A stretch of 64,000 bases of DNA from Lytechinus pictus (Eukaryota): the NCBI RefSeq assembly GCF_037042905.1, contig NC_087245.1, forward strand, positions 38,254,001-38,318,000, given 5' to 3'. Of this stretch, positions 12,501-25,336 are shown piece by piece. Under the pieces are notes generated by a model. It was not told where the DNA came from. It made no database searches and saw nothing but the letters and a program-made list of their open reading frames with translations. A program made the position numbers and the translations under genes. The first letter of the stretch is position 1; the number at the start of each line of letters is the position of its first letter.

Positions 12501-15373
12501 GAGGGAAGTTGTTAACTTTGTTTTTTTCTCTCTCTCGTCTTTATTTTTGCATGTGAAGTATGGGGAAACTTTGTAAAATTTCATTTCACAGTGAGAATTT
12601 TGCTTGCCCGATTCGGGCAAGTAGTTTTTGTCTTTACTTCAAAACACTTGCCCGACTCTAACTTTTACTTGCCCTGGGCAATCGGGCAAGCGCTTATGTC
12701 GCACCCTGAGATATGTAACTAAAATTATCTACAATTTATAATGACCCCCCTTTTTTTTCTTCATTTTTTGTCAAATTTTTCAGGACCAAAATGATCTTCA
12801 TTGTGTAGTGCTTGTCAAATTTACATCGATACCCCCTGTATAAAAAATTGTTCTAAGGGTCTTCCAGCCTCCCTGAAGACATCATAAACTTCTTTTAAAA
12901 AAACACATCAACAATTTTATTTCTGATTCTTCTTAATATCCTTCAAAATTCTTGAAAAGTGCCTTTCGATGGGCACTCTACAAAGTGGACATGGTCCAAC
13001 ATTAATATCACTAACGCAGCTCAGCACATAACCAACATACATATTTAAAAATTAAAAAAAACATTTACTCTTCATATATGTGTTATACATACCATGTTGA
13101 AGGAGCACAGCTGCTTCTTCTGGCATGAGTTGTAGAGGTAGACCAAGCTGTATATTCTGCCTTGGAGCTCCAGGCAAAGCACCTATCAATGAACCCACAA
13201 TATGGTGTTCACGACGAAGTATTTCAACTTCTGTGTAAAAAAATCAAAGAAATCACTATTACGGTATAATGTGATAAATTAGTAATAATAGCATAAAAAG
13301 CACCCACAATTTAATAATTTGGCAAATTCGCGTATGCGCCCTCAGTATATCGATCGGCCAGTTTTGTTTGCAATTTTGAAAGTGAGTGAACGAACGCGGC
13401 TTTCTTGCCTCGATGTCAGGATTCATGCAGTCTGTTAGACCTTCATCCATAGCATTGAGGTGGGTGCATTTCTTTTTTTCCCCTTTAATATTGAGTGTTT
13501 TTGGTAACCCAAACCTCGAAGGTACCCATGACATGGTAGTATTTGTTAACTGTGGCAGCCTATGGCTACCTTCTGGGATGCTGCTAGACAGCTGGCAGCC
13601 ATCTGTTTCGAGGAGTTTTTTAAACATTTTTAAATTTCTCGTGCAGCCGCCATTAAGGGGGTTAACAATGCAAATTCCCCCCGATGGCACTCATTGATTT
13701 GTGTCTTCATTTCATAAAATATATAAAACGAACTGGACCAAAATAAAGGATATTATACCGCTTTGGCCTGAAATGCACCAAAACAGGAAAAAATAAACTT
13801 AAAAGGAAAAAAAAAACGGTGACTTACTTCGGCTGTCGCACAACTCCCACTTCCCTGGTTTATCCAAACTTAAACAGTTAAAGGAGAATGAAACTCTTGG
13901 AGCAAGTTAGCTTTTGTGAAAGCAGAAAAATCAAAGAATAAGATCAACAAAAGTTTGAGTAAAATAGGACTAGAAATAGAAGAGTTATGAGCATTTGAAT
14001 GTCGAGATCACAAATGCTATGGAGATCCTCCCATTGGCAATGCGACCAAGATCTATGATGTCACAGATGAACAACTCTCCCCTTTTGGACACTGAAAATA
14101 TACCCCAAAACATCTCTTTTTGCTCATTCTAATCATATGACAAACGATTCATCAATGATATAATGTTGTGAAACCTCTGTACTTGTCCTCTCATAAAGAG
14201 AACACCTCACCTTGTGATAGACTCTATAAAAGTGAGAATATAAGTGAAATAAGTACTAAAGTAATGAGGGAGTTGTACGTGTGTGACATCACAGATCTTG
14301 GTCGCATTGCCAATGGGAGGATCTACATGGCATTAGTGATCTCAATATTCAAATGCTCATAACTTTCTTATTATTCATTCAATCTTCCTCAAACTTTCAA
14401 CAATATGTTTCTTTGATTTTTCTCTTTGATATGGATTCAGCTGGTTTCAAGGGTTTCATTCTCCTTTAATACATAAAAATACGGCCATTGAGTCCCTTTA
14501 GTCGACTTAGAACTTCGGTCTCTGTAATTGGTGAGTGGAGCCCAGGATGTTCAGCTGAACAACCAATATAACAGAGACCGAAGCTTTTGGTCTAGGCTCC
14601 GGCACGCGAAGTGGGCCGAAGCTCTCTGGGTTACTGTCCCTTTAACCCAGGGAGCTCCGGCCTGCTCCTTGTAATACTACTAAACTAGGCAGACATGGGT
14701 ACTCTCCAAACTGGGTTAGAATGGGGTCGCAATGAAAGTGGAAAAAATAAATTATGCACTTACCTCGATTATATTAGATGAAGGTCTATCGTGACACAGA
14801 ATCCTGACATCGAGGCACAAACTGGACACTCAAAAAAAGGAAAAGTTAGACTCCATGTCGTGTTCGTTCTCAGTATCGATCGGCCATGATTTTGTTTTCA
14901 ATTTTGAAAGAAGGAGAATGAACGAGACAGAACTTCCTTTTTTTGAGGGTCCAGTTTTTTGTGCCTCGGATGTCAGGATTCTGTGTCACGATAGACCTTC
15001 ATCCATATAATCGAGGTAAGTGCATAATTTATATTTCCCCTTTTATTTGGGGTGCTATTACGACCCCATTCTACCCCATTTTTGGAGAGTATCCTCTGCC
15101 TAATAATATTATTACACGGACGAGTCCTGGGCTCCGGCCCGCGAAGCGTTACCTTCCCCTCAGCTCTCCGGGGCAATAAACACGCTGGTCCGTAGAATTT
15201 GGGGACCACCACTTTTTCGAATCCAGCTCCAGGCATCACGCACGAGTCATTTCTTTCACAATCACACATTACCTTCGTTTTTTCACTAAATAGCACATGT
15301 TCTTACCATCAGCATGCCAAACACAAAGTTGTCCAGCGATTAAATGTAGATTTATCAACTGTTTCGACGCCAT
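6321..15373 (-). CDS. TSEN34: tRNA-splicing endonuclease catalytic subunit Sen34, spliced CDS join(15373-15307,13230-13093,10049-9955,9490-8785,7862-7695,6508-6321), 453 aa
   Basis: All introns are GT-AG with compatible phases (1362 nt total). N-terminal VGSLIGALPGAPRQNIQLGLPLQLMPEEA and C-terminal KFGGDFLVYPGDPLLFHS...GRLGTFVKK...SLQW match Sen34. Catalytic Tyr, His and Lys are present. Confidence 0.95.
7086..7666. mobile_element. TTAA-flanked MITE family B in TSEN34 intron 5
   Basis: ttaa|aggtcaagttcaccc...ggggtggacttttcct|ttaa; homologous to 17603-18208, 60225-60811 and a decayed copy at ~2110-2690. Confidence 0.85.
7695..7862 (-). CDS. TSEN34: TSEN34 coding exon 5
   Basis: Encodes WRYP...VFRHFWEMGYYLTSGTKFGGDFLVYP; cag acceptor and gtaaaa donor. 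Confidence 0.95.
8785..9490 (-). CDS. TSEN34: TSEN34 coding exon 4 (charged, low-complexity linker)
   Basis: tttcag|AAA CTT CTG...ATA G|gtatac; 706 nt open inside ORF 8681..9568; phases fit both neighbours. Confidence 0.85.
9955..10049 (-). CDS. TSEN34: TSEN34 coding exon 3
   Basis: tag|...CAG|gtaaaa; 95 nt; phase 1 to 0; VGRLVTMSVAKPSKYQVKAFDQQRMDSIKKQ. Confidence 0.85.
10793..12708. mobile_element. Non-autonomous TIR element in TSEN34 intron 2 (GA-rich core, two N gaps)
   Basis: TIR cagggtgctacataa / ttatgtcgcaccctg; AGATAT on both flanks; subterminal cttgccc repeats; related fragment at ~26930-28140. Confidence 0.8.
11249..11917. other. Two N runs of exactly 192 nt each (11249-11440, 11726-11917)
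   Basis: Counted directly; both lie in purine-rich low-complexity sequence. Confidence 0.95.
13093..13230 (-). CDS. TSEN34: TSEN34 coding exon 2
   Basis: cag|...|gtatgt; encodes VEILRREHHIVGSLIGALPGAPRQNIQLGLPLQLMPEEAAVLLQH. Confidence 0.95.
13882..14465. mobile_element. TTAA-flanked MITE (Kolobok-like, AGG...CCT), family A copy 1
   Basis: ttaa|aggagaatgaaac...gtttcattctcct|ttaa; long internal inverted repeat; near-identical to 36607-37193. Confidence 0.88.
14660..15135. repeat. Long inverted repeat in TSEN34 intron 1
   Basis: tgcacttacctcgatt...caaaaaaaggaa is mirrored by ttccttttttt...aatcgaggtaagtgca; diverged relative at ~13330-13480. Confidence 0.8.
15307..15373 (-). CDS. TSEN34: TSEN34 coding exon 1 (MASKQLINLHLIAGQLCVWHAD)
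   Basis: ATG at 15373, donor G|gtaaga, phase 1 fits exon 2, CpG-rich sequence upstream. Confidence 0.88.
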
Positions 15374-16500
15374 CTGTAGCGTTGTTCTGATCGACGGCTC
15401 TTGCGAGCATGAACGATGATCACACATGTCGAAATGTCGCCCTCTAGCTAGCTCGGCAGCTCGTAGACTAGACATGACTGAGATCAGTGCTCAAACCAAA
15501 CTACGGAAATATTGTGGCGGATGGGGGGGGGGGGGGGCCGGGGGGGGGGGGGGGTCCGACCCGTACCAGTGCCCCCCATGTTTTATGCATTAAACATTAA
15601 AGATCAATGTTTCATACATAGCGATGTTCTCCCGGCATTTTGCCACGAGCCCCGCATTTAGCGGGGCTCTCCGCTAAAAAAAGCTATTAGAAAAATAATA
15701 ATAAAAAAAAAAAAAATCATTTTTATGTAAATAATTTGTATGCCGTCCTTGAAAGTCACAGCATATATTTTTAATGGAAATTAACAAAAGGGAGGAACTT
15801 CTTTTATGCTTGTCAAATTTTCCTCGGGAAAATGTGCTACCCAGCCTCGTAGAAAATCCTGGATCCGCCCCTGGTATCCACCTTTATGGTACAAACAGCA
15901 AAAAATCTGGGGGCGTCTTATAAGACTGAAGTTTAAATATAATTTAGCTTTAGTTTAACAAACTAGATAAGGACTAAAGCTTGAATTGATAACGGGGGCT
16001 TATAGGGGAAGTTCACCCCTGACTAAAAGTTTGCTCTAAAAATAGGCCTACCCGGGGAAGAATGGGTGAAAGTTTGAGGGGAAATCTATCAAAGATTAAG
16101 AAGATTGTAAGAATTTTAAGTTTTTTATTTATCACGTATATAAGAGCAGCTGCCCTATATAAAATGCATAAATTTTTAATGGCCCATGATATGATTAAAA
16201 AAATATTTCTTTCAAGAGCGGATGTGAACATTTGTGTTGATTCATTGTCTACGTGATATCAGTAACACAAAATTAATGATGAAGAGAAACTTATTTAAAT
16301 TGACTTAATTGTCTATTGATATCCTTTAGGTAAAATTCTAATTACTTTTAAAATCTTTTATGCATTTTCCTCAGACTTTAACGAATATCTTGCATTTTCT
16401 GCTATTTTTTTAGATCGTCAGAGTGAACTCCCCCCTTTTTTAAAGTTTTTGAAAAATGGCTTTTCTCAGGACTCTTTGCATAGAATCATACATGTATGCA

Positions 16501-16778
16501 CATTGGCGGCGGAAGCCAAAAGATTTAAGGGGGTCCACCTGAAATTTTGGGATGGACTCAGGTAAAAAATTTGACAAGCAAAAACAAAAAATAAGGTTAT
16601 CAACCAAAATTTTAGGGGGGGCACAAGAATTTTAGGGGGGTCCACCTGAATTTAGGGGGGGGGACGCAGAAAAAAAAAAGGTATCAACATAAATTTTAGG
16701 GGGGGGGTCCGTCCCCACCCCACCTCAAATTTAGGGGGGACATGACCCCCGTCCACCCCCCCGCTTCCGCCGCCTATG
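16501..16778. mobile_element. hAT-type MITE
   Basis: 8-bp TSD TGTATGCA; TIR cattggcggcggaagc / gcttccgccgcctatg. Confidence 0.88.
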
Positions 16779-17602
16779 TGTATGCATCTCATAAATCAAT
16801 AACTGCAACCGCGAAGCGCGTGACTTGAAAAAGAGATTCAATGCTGCATATTATGAATTAATGAATAAGTACGTATCTCGTTCATCAAATATTTCTATTG
16901 AGAGCGCGAAGTGCGAGCTAAAAATTAGATGCATAAGCACTCATGAAGCGAAAGCATCTCAAATATCACAAGCCAGATAATTTTTTATGAATGTTTTTTT
17001 TTTTTTACCTGAAAAATAGGGGCATGTGACCCCAGCCCCACCCTCGGATCCGCCACTAAACATGATGCGTATATATCTCGTTAATTAAAATTCTAAATAA
17101 ACCTCGAAGCACGGAGCAAAAACCGAGTTTCATACATTGACTTAAAAACAGGAAGAGCTATTTTGATCCTCTTAATAGGCAATGATCGATATTCATCATA
17201 TAAAACAGGCAATACGAGCGCGAAGCGCAGTAGAATTTTCTGTTTGTAAAATTACTGTGATGTATTTCTTTTCCTATTTCCAAGTCCCCCTTCCTTTATT
17301 CTATATTGACTTTTATATCTCCTCTTAAAATTCTTTACGGCCCCTGGATTCGCCAAAGTATTATACTTTGGATGAGAATAATATAACAAGTGGAATATGC
17401 CTCTGAGAGTCTTGCCTGCATTACCCGATTCAATATAGCACCGGTGCTGACAACTAAGATTGTTCTTTTTCACAAAAACCAATATATATATATATATACA
17501 TACATATTATATATATGTATATATATATTAAATTTGTTGGCCTCAAATGACCTCTGACAATGATCATGTGACATGAAACTTGAAAAGCTGACACTTTATT
17601 AA

Positions 17603-18208
17603 AGGTCAATTCCACCCGAGCAAAACGGTTTATTGAATAAATAGAAAAAAATCAAACTAGCATAACGCTGAAAATTTCATTAAAGTCGGATGTAAAATAG
17701 GAGTTATGACATTTTAAATTTTCACTTATTTTTCACAAAACATTGATATGCACAACTCAGTGAAACGCAGATGAGACAGTCGATGATGTCCCTAACTCAC
17801 TATTTCTTTTGCTTTTTATTGTTTGAATTATACAATATTTCATTTTTTTTTACAGATTTGACAATAAGGACCAACTTGACTAAACCATACAGTATTAAAC
17901 AAACCCAATCCCACATGTCCAGGGAGGAATTGATCGTTGTTTCACTTGACAATAAGGATAAAATAAGAATATTCATATATCATTTAATAAAATACAAAAG
18001 AAATAGTGAGTGGATGACATCATCAGTCTCCTCATTTGCATACCCACCAGGATGTGCATAAATAACTGTTTTGTGAAATTAAGCGAAACTTTTAAATGTC
18101 ATATAACTTTCATATTTTACATCCGATTTTGATGAAATTTTTAGTGTTATGATTGCTGGATTTTTCTATTTTTATTCAAATCAACCTTTGTTAGGGTGGA
18201 CTTGTCCT
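17603..18208. mobile_element. TTAA-flanked MITE family B
   Basis: TTAA on both sides; palindromic body. Confidence 0.85.
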
Positions 18209-18956
18209 TTAAGCATCAATATCCTTAAAAATAGTATTTTTTAAATTATCAATCCGGGCGGATAATGTCGCGACCGCGAGTGATTTAAAAAAAATTTTAC
18301 TATTTTGAAGAGTGACCCGAATAAGCTTGATGAAATGTTTAATTGCTAATTTTCCCCTCTTATTATTTTCTCTACATTATTTCTTCCTCCTTTTACTTTA
18401 TCCATTTTCCCCTCTTCCATCTCTCTTTGTTTTTCGCCTCCAGTATAGATGGACGCGGCTGCTTTGGCTCCTGGATCTGCCCATATCTTTCCATGTCCCT
18501 TCCTAATCTTTTTATTTGGTACAAGACGAGGCACTGGCTTTTATGCTATTATGGATTCGCAGTTTTATGAAAATAATTTTAAGGAACAAAAGACGCCCCC
18601 ACTTTCGGCAAATTCTTTCTATAACTATGTATCTCTATTCCTTTCCCCCTTCTTTATTATTTCTACTCTCCTTTGTGCTATTAATCTCTTCATTGCCGGG
18701 ATAGGTGTATAAGCCAGCAGCTTGGGGAATTATCGGGCACGAGGGCGTTTCTACCCCAGACTTTACCCCCCTGCTTTTTTATCATCTCTCTCCCCTTCTC
18801 ATTTTCACTTCCCCTCTAATTCTTTCCTTCTCGCTTTCCACTTTTTGGCTCTGGTTCTGCGTCTGCCGAAGGCAAGGTCCTTTCGCACCCGGACTTCCCC
18901 CATTTTTAAGTTCTTCTTTAAAGGGACAAAAAAAATGTTTGTTAATAAAAAAAAAT

Positions 18957-19957
18957 ACAAGTGGAACACTTTTGGCAGTCTCGCCTGCATTGCACAATTC
19001 GATATAGCAGCAGTGCTGCCTTTGAAAACAGCTTATGAATGAATTATTCACAAAAGAAAACACTAATATAATAAAATATGTCCATTGACCCAAAATGACC
19101 TTTGACCATGATCATGTGGCATATGACATGCATGTGCAAAACGATCATTCATACAGTACTTGATTACCCTTATGTCTATGTTTCATGAACTAGATCTATT
19201 AACTTTCTAAGTTATGATACCAATTCAACACATACTCGCAACACGGCCAAATTTCATAGACCTTCTATGACCTTTGATCTTGGTCATGTGACCTGAAACA
19301 TGCTCAGGATATAAAGGGATACATGGTTGCTCTTATGTCCAAGTTTCATTATCTATATCCTAAAAGTTATGACAATTCCACACATACCCTCAACATGACC
19401 ATTTTTGTTGACCCTAAATGACCTTTGACCTCGGTCATGTGCCCTGAATCTTGCACAGGATGTTCAGGGATACTTGATTGCTCTTAGGTCCAAGTTTCAT
19501 GAACTAAATCCATAAAAAAATTTACGATTCCACAAATACCCCAACATGGCCAAAGTTCATTGACCCCAAGTGACCTTGGTCATGTGACCTGAAACACAGA
19601 CAAAATCTTCAGTGATGCACCATTACCCTTATGTCTAAGTTTCATGAACTAGGTCCATATACTTTCTAAGTTATGACATTTAAAAAACAACCTTGGTTAA
19701 GATTTTGATATTGATTCCCCCAACATGGTCTAAGTTCATTGACCCTAAATGACCTTTGACCTTGGTCATGCGACCTTAAAAATCGGGGAGGATATTCAGT
19801 AATACTTATTTCTAAGTTTCTTGAACTAGGTCCATTTACTTTGAAAGGTATGACATTTCAAAAACTTAACATTGGTTAAGATTTCAATGTTGACGCCGCC
19901 GCTGCAGTCGGAAAAGCGGCACCTTTAATCTTGCTCTGCTATGCAGGCGAGACAATA
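18957..19957. mobile_element. Helentron-associated element, second copy
   Basis: Same ends (gtctcgcctgcat...atgcaggcgagac) and tgacctttgacc repeats. Confidence 0.78.
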
Positions 19958-20149
19958 AACGGCTGTTTTCGACTTGCCGTATAGCCGCCGTAGGGGAAAT
20001 GTGACTGCAGCATTACTATACAGCAACAGTCTACACCTAGATTATAGAGGGCTTGGCCCATGTCAAAAGCTTGCTTTGAATTAACAGTTAAGCCTGAACT
20101 TTATATTTGAATAACGGTAAGACACATATCACACAAAAGTTTACATTCT

Positions 20150-23100
20150 GATTCCAATGTGGTTTTATTCATATCTAATCAATGTTTTTCTTGTTTCACA
20201 TATAGTGTGTAGATTTTAAAATGTTCTCGACCTTCAGATCCTATGCAACACTGGATACAAAATCACAAAATGGTTGCCAACTGCAAGATTAAAAGCTAGA
20301 TTTTTTAAATACAGTACGTATGACTGTAACTCTTTTCATGAAAGTGGTAGCCATTCCTCCACAACTCAATTGGATTCACAATTATGGTTTATACAGGTTA
20401 CAGTCTGAAACAAGACTACAACAATGTAAAACACAAATACTCTTTTAGTCAATATCACAAATATCATTCTAGTTAAAATTGCCAGATTCTTTTCAACTTG
20501 TGACAAATTATAAAAACAATGGGCTCACTTTCAATGACAGACATAGCATTGCAGATATATTATAGTCTTGCAATGCAGTTACACATAATGAAAATACTAG
20601 ATAAAGCTCTACTATAACGTGTGCAATTAATTGTAGACCCATTGGTGCAAACGCCGCCCTTCCAATAGAGAGTACATGTATAAGAAACTGCCGTAACAGT
20701 AAAACACATCATTTTTGTAACTTTTGTAATCTCACTTTCCTCTAAAACAGTTAACATAATAATTATAGTTAAACTACAGCCACTTACTTTTTAAAGTTAT
20801 GAAATACATTTAATCACTCATAATCCATCAGACAAAGATATAAATAAAAGTACCAAGATCAAATTTAAAAACATCATCACACTTTTTTTATTAAATTATG
20901 GCCACATCATTTAACAGATTGACGAGGTGAGTGAGTCCAGTTAAATTTTTTTTTGGTAGGTAAGTTCCCGTTAAAATCAAAGTCAATCTTACAAGTCCCA
21001 TTGTTTAGTATACGTTTGGTAGGTGTTTTTTAAATCTCCCATTTCAAAAGTTTGCGACAACAACAAAATATATGTGTTTTGGTAAATACAAGTGTTAACT
21101 TTGCGTGCAAGATGGGAGTGTAAATGTCAAAGGTCGTGTTTGCATGAAATGTCAACCTTCTGGCAATGTAATTCTTGCATTATGTCACAAAACATACCTA
21201 TAAAGCAAACTAGAACTGACAAAAAACTACATCCAACCTAGTACAAGAGGTTATCGATGGATTTAAGAACATATAAAATAGTGGAAGATATTTTAATCTC
21301 GATCAATTGAATGGTAACGAAAAGAAACATATGATTACTGAATGATCCCTGCTGAAACCACTAAGGAATTTTCTACAGAATGCAGATTACAAGTATACAT
21401 GAAAGGCTAGATTGGAAATTAAAAAAAATAGAATACAATGAGATATAAAATATCATAAATGGAAATTACTTGTCTATTATTTGAGCTTATGGAAAATGAA
21501 ACATGATTCACAAATTAAAAATGAAGATATTTGTAGAAGCTGTATATCAACCTAGAAACCACTTTTAAGTGTGTTTTTTTCAGAACGCATTGTTTACCAA
21601 AACACTCAATTAACAGGCTCTTGAAATGAAAATAGAGATTAGAAAAACTGAGTTCACTTCGTAACTTAAACACACAAAAACAACGAAACAAGTTCCTGAG
21701 TGCCGCAGTTATCTTCGTAACGCAAGAAAAAAAAAGGTATTGGAACCGAAAACAGTATGTGCTGTGATAAGAACTTTCAACGTACAAATGCTATTAGATC
21801 AGACACTTACTGAAAGGAGCTGAAATGCAAGTATAAACGATATCTATTAAAAGGTATGTAATATCAGAGGATAATTCAAAATACTGCATGGACCATGGAC
21901 AGCATGTATCCCCCCGTTACGATTTATCGCATTTGTTTTGAACAAGGTTACGCACAAATCCCATGGGAGGGGGGCCAAAGTACCATCAACTAATCATCTT
22001 GCCAAAAAAAAAGAAAAAAGAAGAAGTTACTTATAGGTAGGTGAATCACAAGCCCCCCCCCCTCCCTTCAGACTTTATCATCAATCAAGAAGATGGATAG
22101 CACTATCAATAACACTACGTATCAATAACCAGTGGTGAAAGATGAATCATCTGAACACTTCCATGCCATATAAATGCCAGTTGTGGTAACGATTTCAAAA
22201 TAAGTTCATCAAGAATCCAATAAAATGACTCCCAGTGTCGGTACGTAGAAATACAAAAATATGAGCCAAAATATTCCAGGAAAAAACTTGTGTAATTGCC
22301 GAGGAATTCCCCAAATAAGCATGGTATTCCATATATGTTTTAGGTCTTTCTCCATGCAACAAAAATACACTGTCCCATGTGTGCTTATCTGTGTTAGCGA
22401 TTGTCAGTGTGATTGTTTTTCAACTTAGATTTCATGATTTCACAAATTTCAGTTCATGTAACTGATCCAGATCTAGATGAAGGATGAGAAAGTGACAATT
22501 AACCTTGGTTTTACAGACTTTCTCTTGAAATCGGCATTTAATGCAACCACTTTCATTGATCTTTTAACGAGAAGTGGTAAGGATTGATCGAGATCTATCA
22601 CCACTTGGACAGCATTTACATGTATGCTATGGATAACAAGTGACGTTTATGTCTGAAAGACGCTACCGATCACCACTGGTAGACGCAACGACTAGCTGGA
22701 GCTTAGAGCGCACTTAATACTGTATATTACTTACGTGGCGATAGAAAATTGTCACAATGCACGTAGATTGCACATTGTGACACATCATTTAAAAAAATAC
22801 TGCCGATGAGGAACCTAAGACATGGCGATATTGTCGGTGTGATGTCACCGATCTCCTCGTGCAATCTATCGAAAGGGGTGATGAGTTGTGAATGATGCGT
22901 TTTTGATCACCACAACCAGTGGTTTTTAGTGCAATTCATAACTAGTGATGATGATGTCGGGAAACATCTTACATAATGATACTTATTGTGGATGACTTTA
23001 TGAACAACCTGTATATGGATAGCATATGGAATCCACAATTCTTTTTCTTTTTAAGGGGAGGCAATAATTTTTATCTAAAAAAAAATAGTTCTTTGAGCAT

Positions 23101-25294
23101 TCAATTTTTTTAGTCATTCAGAAGAGAAACACAAGCAAGAATTCATCATGTTTATTTCACAAGAAAAAATTTCCAATAAAAGAGTTATTCCAGGAAACTA
23201 TTCATACATTTACGATACACGTAAAATCCAGAATGTGCTCCTTAGTTCGTAGTACATACAATTAACAACAACAAAAGAGATTCTCCAAGAATTGAAAATT
23301 TGAAATTGACAACTGTGATTTGTAAAATTCCTAAACACTACATAAACAACTTTAAAAATTAATTAAAATCATGAGGGTATAGGGTAGCTTTACATATTGC
23401 TTGTTCATAACAGCTAATAAAACTAAAAAGTTGGACCTTTTAGAGAGAATTCTTTTTATGTTGTGACATAAACACCATATTAGAATTAATGATTTTTCTG
23501 GGCTCCTTTTTTAGATCACCAGACATTTTGCTAAATAGCATTACAGTTTATATTAGACCCTATGACCCGTATTCTGAACTCGGGTTTCAATCAAACCCTG
23601 GTTTAAAGTTGTGGTTCAACTATGGAGAGCCAATTGGGGCACAAATCCCTAAAGGTACACAGCCAATTTAGTAACTCGTAATGACACCCAAATTGTTCAT
23701 AATTGTGTGGGAATGATAACTGAGGTATTTTAAAGTATTTTTCCTCACTATGAAAGCAAAATGACACAAAATAGTAAACATAAGAAATATACTATAGAAA
23801 CAGAATGTTTGAATTTTCGGCTACCCATAATTTTAGCAGAGTTAGACCGTGGTCTAAGTTAAACCTGACATCAGAATACGGGCCTAAGGGAATTTCAAGG
23901 GGTTCTTTGTTTAGTCTTCCAGGGCATTTCAGGGGTGAATTCGCCCCGAGGCCCCATTTTATTTTTTTCCCTGGTTGTAATTCATATTCCCACCTTGATA
24001 ATGGAACACAAACTATACCTCGCATTCAACTAACATGTAAACAGATGAAAAGTGATGTGATGTATGCTCTTCGATTGTAAACGAACAGCTCAGCGGAAAT
24101 TTAGACTTGGAAGAGAAATTCATTTCTGAAGCAACAAACAAAACCAGCGTGCTTGTACACAACTACCGGTAACCCTTCAAATTTCCTCATTTGACAATGA
24201 ACGTGAAAACGAAAGGTACACAAAACAAATTGAGAGAAGACAAGGAGTGTGTATCATACTAGTAGCCCGGTACTGGTTGTTCACAGTGTCTCAGTATTCT
24301 TATGTGAATCTTGCACAAAGCCATTGCAGTACATGTAATACGTCATCACACCATTTCTTTTCCTCAATACTTTTTTTTCCCATTCCACGTCACGTTGGTC
24401 TTTTTGTCGTTGCAAAGTGTCTCTTAAACATCAATTGTCTTTGAAAACAAGGTCTTGTAATGTATTGTCCATTGTGTAATGTCTAGTTCTTGTTCGGCAT
24501 AACTGACACAAACGTTCAGGTCGAATATAAGAATGGACACCACCAACATCAACACTGGCTACTGATATTTGGGTACAAGTTTCACAAGAAAATAAAACTT
24601 AAAAATCAAGTGGTGCCTCTTTTAAAGTGTCTTTCTGTACTGATGTAGCCAATGTACAAGTTGTATCAGAATGACTGGATATATGATAAAGTTTTTGCAT
24701 TTTTCACTTGATTCGTTCCAAGAGGCTTCCCTTTAGTGCCTTAGTGCAGAAGTAACACCATTCCTTGTAATTTGTGTTGTCAAATGAAATAGCTGACCTA
24801 TGAAGTCATCCTTGATCATCCTTGTACTGAAATCTCCAAACATTGCTGTATTTTGAATAACCATCGCATACCAAAAGAAGCCCTTAGTTCAAATATCATG
24901 GCTTTCTGAAAGGAACTTGACAACTATCTTGGACAGAGTCTCCACAATCTAGCGCCTTCCTTCAGAGCTGAGCTTCCATCTGCTTCTCCAGTGCATTCAT
25001 CACACCTTCACTATTAATACAATGCATCCGTTTCTCCTGTCCGAAAGGGGCTGCCAATAGCACAAGACTTTCCATATCATTGAAAGCAAAATACAGACCA
25101 GAATTTATTCAATGTTTCCTGCACATCAGATAATTTTTCAATATTTTTTTTTCTTAGCAATTACAATTGAAGCAGATTTCTAAACCCTAGATGATAGGTT
25201 GTTTTAATAATATTTTATTTTAAAGCATGACATAATCTTCGACGACTCTGCAGAAATTAGCTGACAGCCATCTTACAAACCTCTCCAAGGGGGT
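20150..25294 (-). other. YTHDF: Probable long YTHDF 3'UTR (~5.1 kb)
   Basis: Mostly unique, U-rich sequence on the sense strand without ORFs; AATAAA at 20164-20169 (minus). Extent is inferred. Confidence 0.45.
23564..23885. mobile_element. Harbinger-like MITE in the putative YTHDF 3'UTR
   Basis: cccgtattctga...tcagaatacggg inverted termini. Confidence 0.6.
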
Positions 25295-25336
25295 TTAGTT
25301 TCGGTGACCTCCACGTCGGCTGCTACGGCTGTCTCC
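25295..25336 (-). CDS. YTHDF: YTHDF last coding exon ([13 protein letters not shown])
   Basis: cttgacag acceptor, phase 0, short basic tail, followed by long UTR-like sequence. Confidence 0.75.
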   Translation of the reverse strand, partial: GDSRSSRRGGHRN

